From Eledone cirrhosa (Eukaryota): a stretch of 64,000 bases of DNA. This document shows, piece after piece, positions 58,388-64,000 of this stretch (the first letter of the stretch is position 1; every line of letters starts with the position of its first letter). The DNA lies in assembly GCA_964016885.1 (NCBI GenBank), contig OZ024761.1:20894001-20958000 (forward strand), in the 5' to 3' direction. The notes under the pieces were generated by a model, which saw only the letters and a list, made by a program, of their open reading frames with translations, was not told where the DNA came from and did no database searches. The translations under genes and the position numbers were made by a program.

Positions 58388-59297
58388 ATATATCTTGACT
58401 TTAGTCTCAATAATTATAATAATAATAATAATAATTGTTTCTACTTTTGGCACAAGGCGGCCATTTTGGGAGGAGAGGAAAGTCGATTAAATCGATACCA
58501 GTGTATTACTGGTACTTTATTTTATCGACCCCGTAAGGATGAAGGGCAAAGTTAACCTCAGCGGGATTTGAACTCAGAATGTAAAGGGACGTAACTCTGT
58601 GTTTGTTTGTGTGTGTTTGTTTGCTAGAGTGTGTGTGTGTGTGTTTGTTGATGTGAGAGTGTGTGTGTGTTTGTTGATGTGAGAGTGTGTGTGTGTTTGT
58701 TTGCTAGAGAGTGTGTGTGTGTGTTTGTTGATGTGAGAGTGTGTGTGTGTTTGTTTGCTAGAGAGTGTGTGTGTGTGTGTTTGTTGATGTGAGAGTATGT
58801 GTGTGTTTGTTTGCTAGAGAGTGTGTGTGTGTGTTTGTTGATGTGAGAGTGTGTGTGTGTTTGTTTGCTAGAGAGTGTGTGTGTGTGTTTGTTGATGTGA
58901 GAGTGTGTGTGTGTATGTGTTGATGTGAGAGTGTGTGTGTGTTTGTTTGCTAGAGAGTGTGTGTGTGTGTGTTTGTTGATGTGAGAGTGTGTATCTGAGT
59001 GCGTGAATATGATTTCTAAGATAACTTAGTTTTACCTCCCCCTCTTACACTAACACCACCTCCTCCTCCCCTTCTTACACCACCACCACCTCCTCCCCCT
59101 CTTACACCACCACCACCACCCTCCTATCTCTTCTGAAGGTAGTTTTCAAACTGATATAATCTAATTTACAATCAATTAAGAAAATTAATCAGCAGTTCAC
59201 TAATATTGATTATATATTGTTTAGCTGTGATATTTGACTTTTGAAAATAATGTTTTTTACTGTATTATATAATAGAGGTCAGGTCAGGCTTCTGCCT

Positions 59298-59430
59298 TCT
59301 ACTGGTACCATGTACCCCAGTAGTACCTGCCACTGGTACCATGTACCCCAGTACAACCTGCCACTGGTACCATGTACCCCAGTAGTACCTGCCACCGGTA
59401 CCATGTACCCTAGTAGAACCTGCTTCTACC
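59298..59430. repeat. 31-bp minisatellite, ~4 copies
   Basis: Unit actggtaccatgtaccccagtagtacctgcc. Confidence 0.85.
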
Positions 59431-59461
59431 AGTATATATATATATACACACACACACACAC

Positions 59462-59576
<115 letters not shown>

Positions 59577-59772
59577 TATACATGTGTGTGTATATGTGTG
59601 AGTGTGATAGTATTCATATATAAATTTGTTATTAAATTAATATATCAATATTTGATATTGATATATTATCAATACATTAATTTTTCAAATCTTCCTTCAC
59701 ATTTAATAAGATCATTAACTTAAAGTTAAATAACAATAAATATATATATATATATATATATGCTAGCAAGGG

Positions 59773-59839
<67 letters not shown>

Positions 59840-59888
59840 CATGAAGTATAAGACACCAGTTTAAAATTAACTTTGTTTAACCATAGTC

Positions 59889-59947
59889 ACTGTTATATAT
59901 ATTTCAGTGATAACCATTACACAATAGCTCTGACTTCATCAGACATC
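59889..59947 (-). ncRNA. Family B hammerhead motif, core intact, stems partly eroded
   Basis: Minus strand reads TGT-CTGATGA-AGT...ACT-GAAA-TATATA-TA-ACA. It shares a ~50-nt flank (aacatgaagt...aaaattaactttgttta) with the 30573 copy. Confidence 0.6.
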
Positions 59948-60758
59948 TAGAATTTGAACAGAAATCATAATAATAATTGTTTCTACTTTTGGCACCAGGC
60001 CAGCAATTATCCCAGTGTATTACTGGTACTTTATTTTATCGACCCCGTAAGGATGAAAGGCAAAGTTAACCTCGGCGGGATTTGAATTCAGATCGTAAAG
60101 GGACGTAACTCTGTGCTACAAAGCATGGCGTCCGACCCTCTACCAATACTGCCAATCCTTTTCTCTTCTTTTTATTATTTTAGTTATTATTATTATTGTT
60201 GTTGTTGTTGTTGTTGTGGTTGGATGAGAAAAGGCTGCAAAGTTATGTGTGTGTATATATATAATGGTATGTCAGTGTGTGTGTGTTGCTGTGTATCACG
60301 TATGTATGTGTGTAAGCTTATGAGTCTAGTTCTATATAGATCTATGTATACAGACATCTATATATATTTCCATACACATGCGTCTATACAGGCATACACA
60401 CGTGTCTATATATATGTATATATACACCTGTCTATATACATAACCAGGAATGCAGGTGTATCTATGCATATTTGCACAAATGTACATGTTTGTGTATATA
60501 TATATATATATATACACACATATATATGTGTATATATGTGTGTATATATATATATATATATACACACATATATATGTGTATATATGTGTGTATATATATA
60601 TATATATATACACACATATATACACATATATATATATATATACACACATATATACACATATATATATATATACACACACATATACACACATATATACACA
60701 TATATATATATATATACACACACGTCTATATATATACACATATACATACACACACATC

Positions 60759-60792
<34 letters not shown>

Positions 60793-61031
60793 CATAAGTA
60801 TATACATATATCTACATGTATATATATATACATGCATACAATATATATATATATATATAGTATGTATATATGTACACAATATATACAACACATATATATA
60901 AATATATATACACAGGTACAATATAAATATATATATCAATACCTCACCTTCCACCATATTAATGTTCCAGCTGAGTTCTTTGTCAGTTAAATCACATCCT
61001 ATAATATAATATATATATATATATACAAATG

Positions 61032-61069
<38 letters not shown>

Positions 61070-61800
61070 TATTAACACAACAGTTAGTTCACCATACCGA
61101 TATATATATATACTATATAAAATATATATATATATATATAATCACATCATATATATCTATATATATATATATACTATATATATATTTATACTATATATAT
61201 ACATATATATATATAATCACATCATATATATCTATATATATACTATATATATATATATACTATATATATATATATATACTATATATATATATATATACTA
61301 TATATATATATATACTATATATATATATATACTATATATATATATATATACTATATATATATATATCTATATATATATACAGTTATCTTAAAGTCTGTCT
61401 GTGTGAATCTTTCTGAGAGATCAGGAGTGGATTCACTTCACTTGATACTGTGCTACTACCACCACTACCACCACCACCACCACCACTACCACCACTACTG
61501 CTACTACCACGAGTACCATTATCACCACCACCACTAGTACCACTACCACCACTAGTACCACCACCACTAGTACTACTACTACCACCACCACTACCACCAC
61601 CACCACTACTACTACCACCACTAGTACCACTTCTACTACTACCACCACTACTACCACTACCACCACTAATACCACCACTACCACCACCACCACCACCACT
61701 ACTACTACTGCCACCTCGACTACCACCACTTCACTAGATACAGTGGTATCATTACTGCCACTACCACCACCACCTTAACTACAGTGGTACCATCACTACC

Positions 61801-62160
61801 AGTACCAGTCAAGTACTGGGGGTCGATTCTTCTCTCTATATCTACATCTAACTTCCATTAAAGTACCAGTCAACTACTGGGGTCGATTCTTCTCTCTATA
61901 TCTCTCTCTCACTTCCATTAAAGTACCAGTCAACTACTGGGGTCGATTCTTCTCTCTATATCTCTCTCTCACTTCCATTAAAGTACCAGTCAAGTACTGG
62001 GGTCGATTCTTCTCTCTCTATCTACATCTAACCTCCATTAAAATACCAGTCAAGTACTGGGGTCGATTCTTCTCTCTCTATCTACATCTAACCTCCATTA
62101 AAATACCAGTCAAATACTGGGGTCGATTCTTCTCTCTCTATCTACATCTAACCCCCATTC
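61801..62160. repeat. 60-bp minisatellite, 6 copies, part SINE-derived
   Basis: Unit aagtaccagtcaagtactggggtcgattcttctctct...; the first half matches the SINE segment at 52880-52905. Confidence 0.9.
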
Positions 62161-63163
62161 TCTCCCTCTATATCTCTCCCTATCCTTCTCTCGAAGAAAT
62201 CTGTTGTATTCAGACTTGGAGAGAGATCTTCTCTGCCAAGTTTTTTTTTAAAATTGCTTGAGAAACATTTTATGTCAATATGGCCTCCTAATGACTTCCT
62301 CCGGGGTTCTGGGACCATGTATGTATATATCATTCACGCTGAATATAACTGGTTAAAACTAGTTACCAAAACAATGCTACTATTGGTGGTGGTTGCGTTG
62401 GTGGTGGTTGTGTTGGTGGTGGTTGTGTTGGTGGTGGTTGCGTTGGTGGTGGTTGTGTTGGTGGTGGTTGTGTTGGTGGTGGTGTGGTGATGGTGGTGGT
62501 TGCGTTGGTGGTGGTTGTGTTGGTGGTGGTTGCGTTGGTGGTGGTTGTGTTGGTGGTGGTTGTGTTGGTGGTGGTGGTGTGGTGATGGTGGTGGTTGTGT
62601 TGGTGGTGGTTGTGTTGGTGGTGGTTGCGTTGGTGGTGGTTGCGTTGGTGGTGGTGTGTTGGTGGTGGTTGTGTTGGTGGTGGTTGTGTTGGTGGTGGTT
62701 GTGTTGGTGGTGGTTGTGTTGGTGGTGGTTGTGTTGGTGGTGGTTGTGTTGGTGGTGGTTGCATTGGTGGTGGTGTGGTGGTGGTGGTGGTGTGGTGATG
62801 GTGGTGAGTTAGTGTATCAATTATTCAAAATGGCTACAGTAACCAGTCTTGTTGTCTAAATCCTACCACTAAATTACTAGACAGGGTATCATGTGTTTCA
62901 AAGTTGCTTCATTTTTCCATATTTCATATTTCATATGCATTTTCCCTCTTCCGCAACACATCTAAAACCGTTTCTATCTTTCTATGTAGAGTAACAAAGT
63001 ATTCGTGACTACAAAACTCCACTTTTATTCCTATTCAAATATATTCTGAAAGACTGCATTCATGATTAATTTCGACTTTGTATCAGATACATTATACACC
63101 AGCCTTTATATATACATATATGTGTATATATATGGATATATGGATATATATATGTACTCAGAC

Positions 63164-63233
<70 letters not shown>

Positions 63234-63546
63234 GGATATATATATGCACACATACATATATATATATATATATATACATATGGATATATATATGCACACA
63301 TACATATGTATATATATATATATACATATGGATATATATATGTACATATGGATATATATATGTACACAGACAAATGTATATATATATACATATGGATATA
63401 TATATATATATACACATACATATGGATATATATATACATATATATATATATATCAATATCATCATCATCATCATCATCGTTTAACGTCCATCTTCCACGC
63501 TTGCATGGATACACATACATATGGATATATATATATACATACATAT

Positions 63547-63587
<41 letters not shown>

Positions 63588-64000
63588 TACATATGTATAT
63601 ATATATAAAGAAGATTAACCAAAGACAAACATATATATAGGTATACATGTATGTATGTATGTGTATGTATGTATATATATATATATATATTATATATATA
63701 TATATATTTGTATATATATATAATACTTGCAGTAGTCCTATACAAATCTCTCAGATGTTTATCAGGAAATATAGCTTTTTTTTTCTTTCTCTTTATCTAC
63801 TGAAAAATGAATTCTCTTTGCTTCATGTTAACACCTAACATACTTTAAAATATGAACGACACCATAGCTTAGTGGCGATAGTGGTTGGTTCAGGATTGTG
63901 AGGCTGTGAGTTCCATTGTGGAGACTCAGCAGGCCTGTGCTTATCCAGGTTTTTTTGTGGTGGGAAGCGACTGAGAGTATACAATTCTCCCCTGGACAGG

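Overview
AT-rich, microsatellite-saturated animal DNA. The (AT)n/(AC)n/(ACC)n/(ATC)n content and the SINE/RTE tails suggest an octopus genome (inference). The only well-supported protein-coding sequence is four + strand exons (<=1-123, 9571-9702, 14050-14229, 15446-15562) joined by phase-0 GT-AG introns. They encode the N-terminal coiled-coil of a RIMS-binding protein (RIMBP2/TSPOAP1 family). I found no further convincing exon in the remaining ~48 kb. Nearly all ORFs in the supplied track are simple-repeat artefacts. The introns hold tRNA-derived SINEs, RTE-clade LINE 3' fragments, a hAT-like MITE, TTAA/piggyBac-like MITEs with internal satellite arrays (one copy nested in another), and many minisatellites. 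The most notable signal is at least two families of minimal type-I hammerhead ribozyme motifs of the Penelope-like-element kind. Core-intact, fully foldable copies lie antisense to the host gene, while sense copies are mutated or degenerate. There is also a hairpin element whose arms covary between copies, and several long inverted repeats that could form dsRNA. All calls were made by eye; no searches or folding programs were run.
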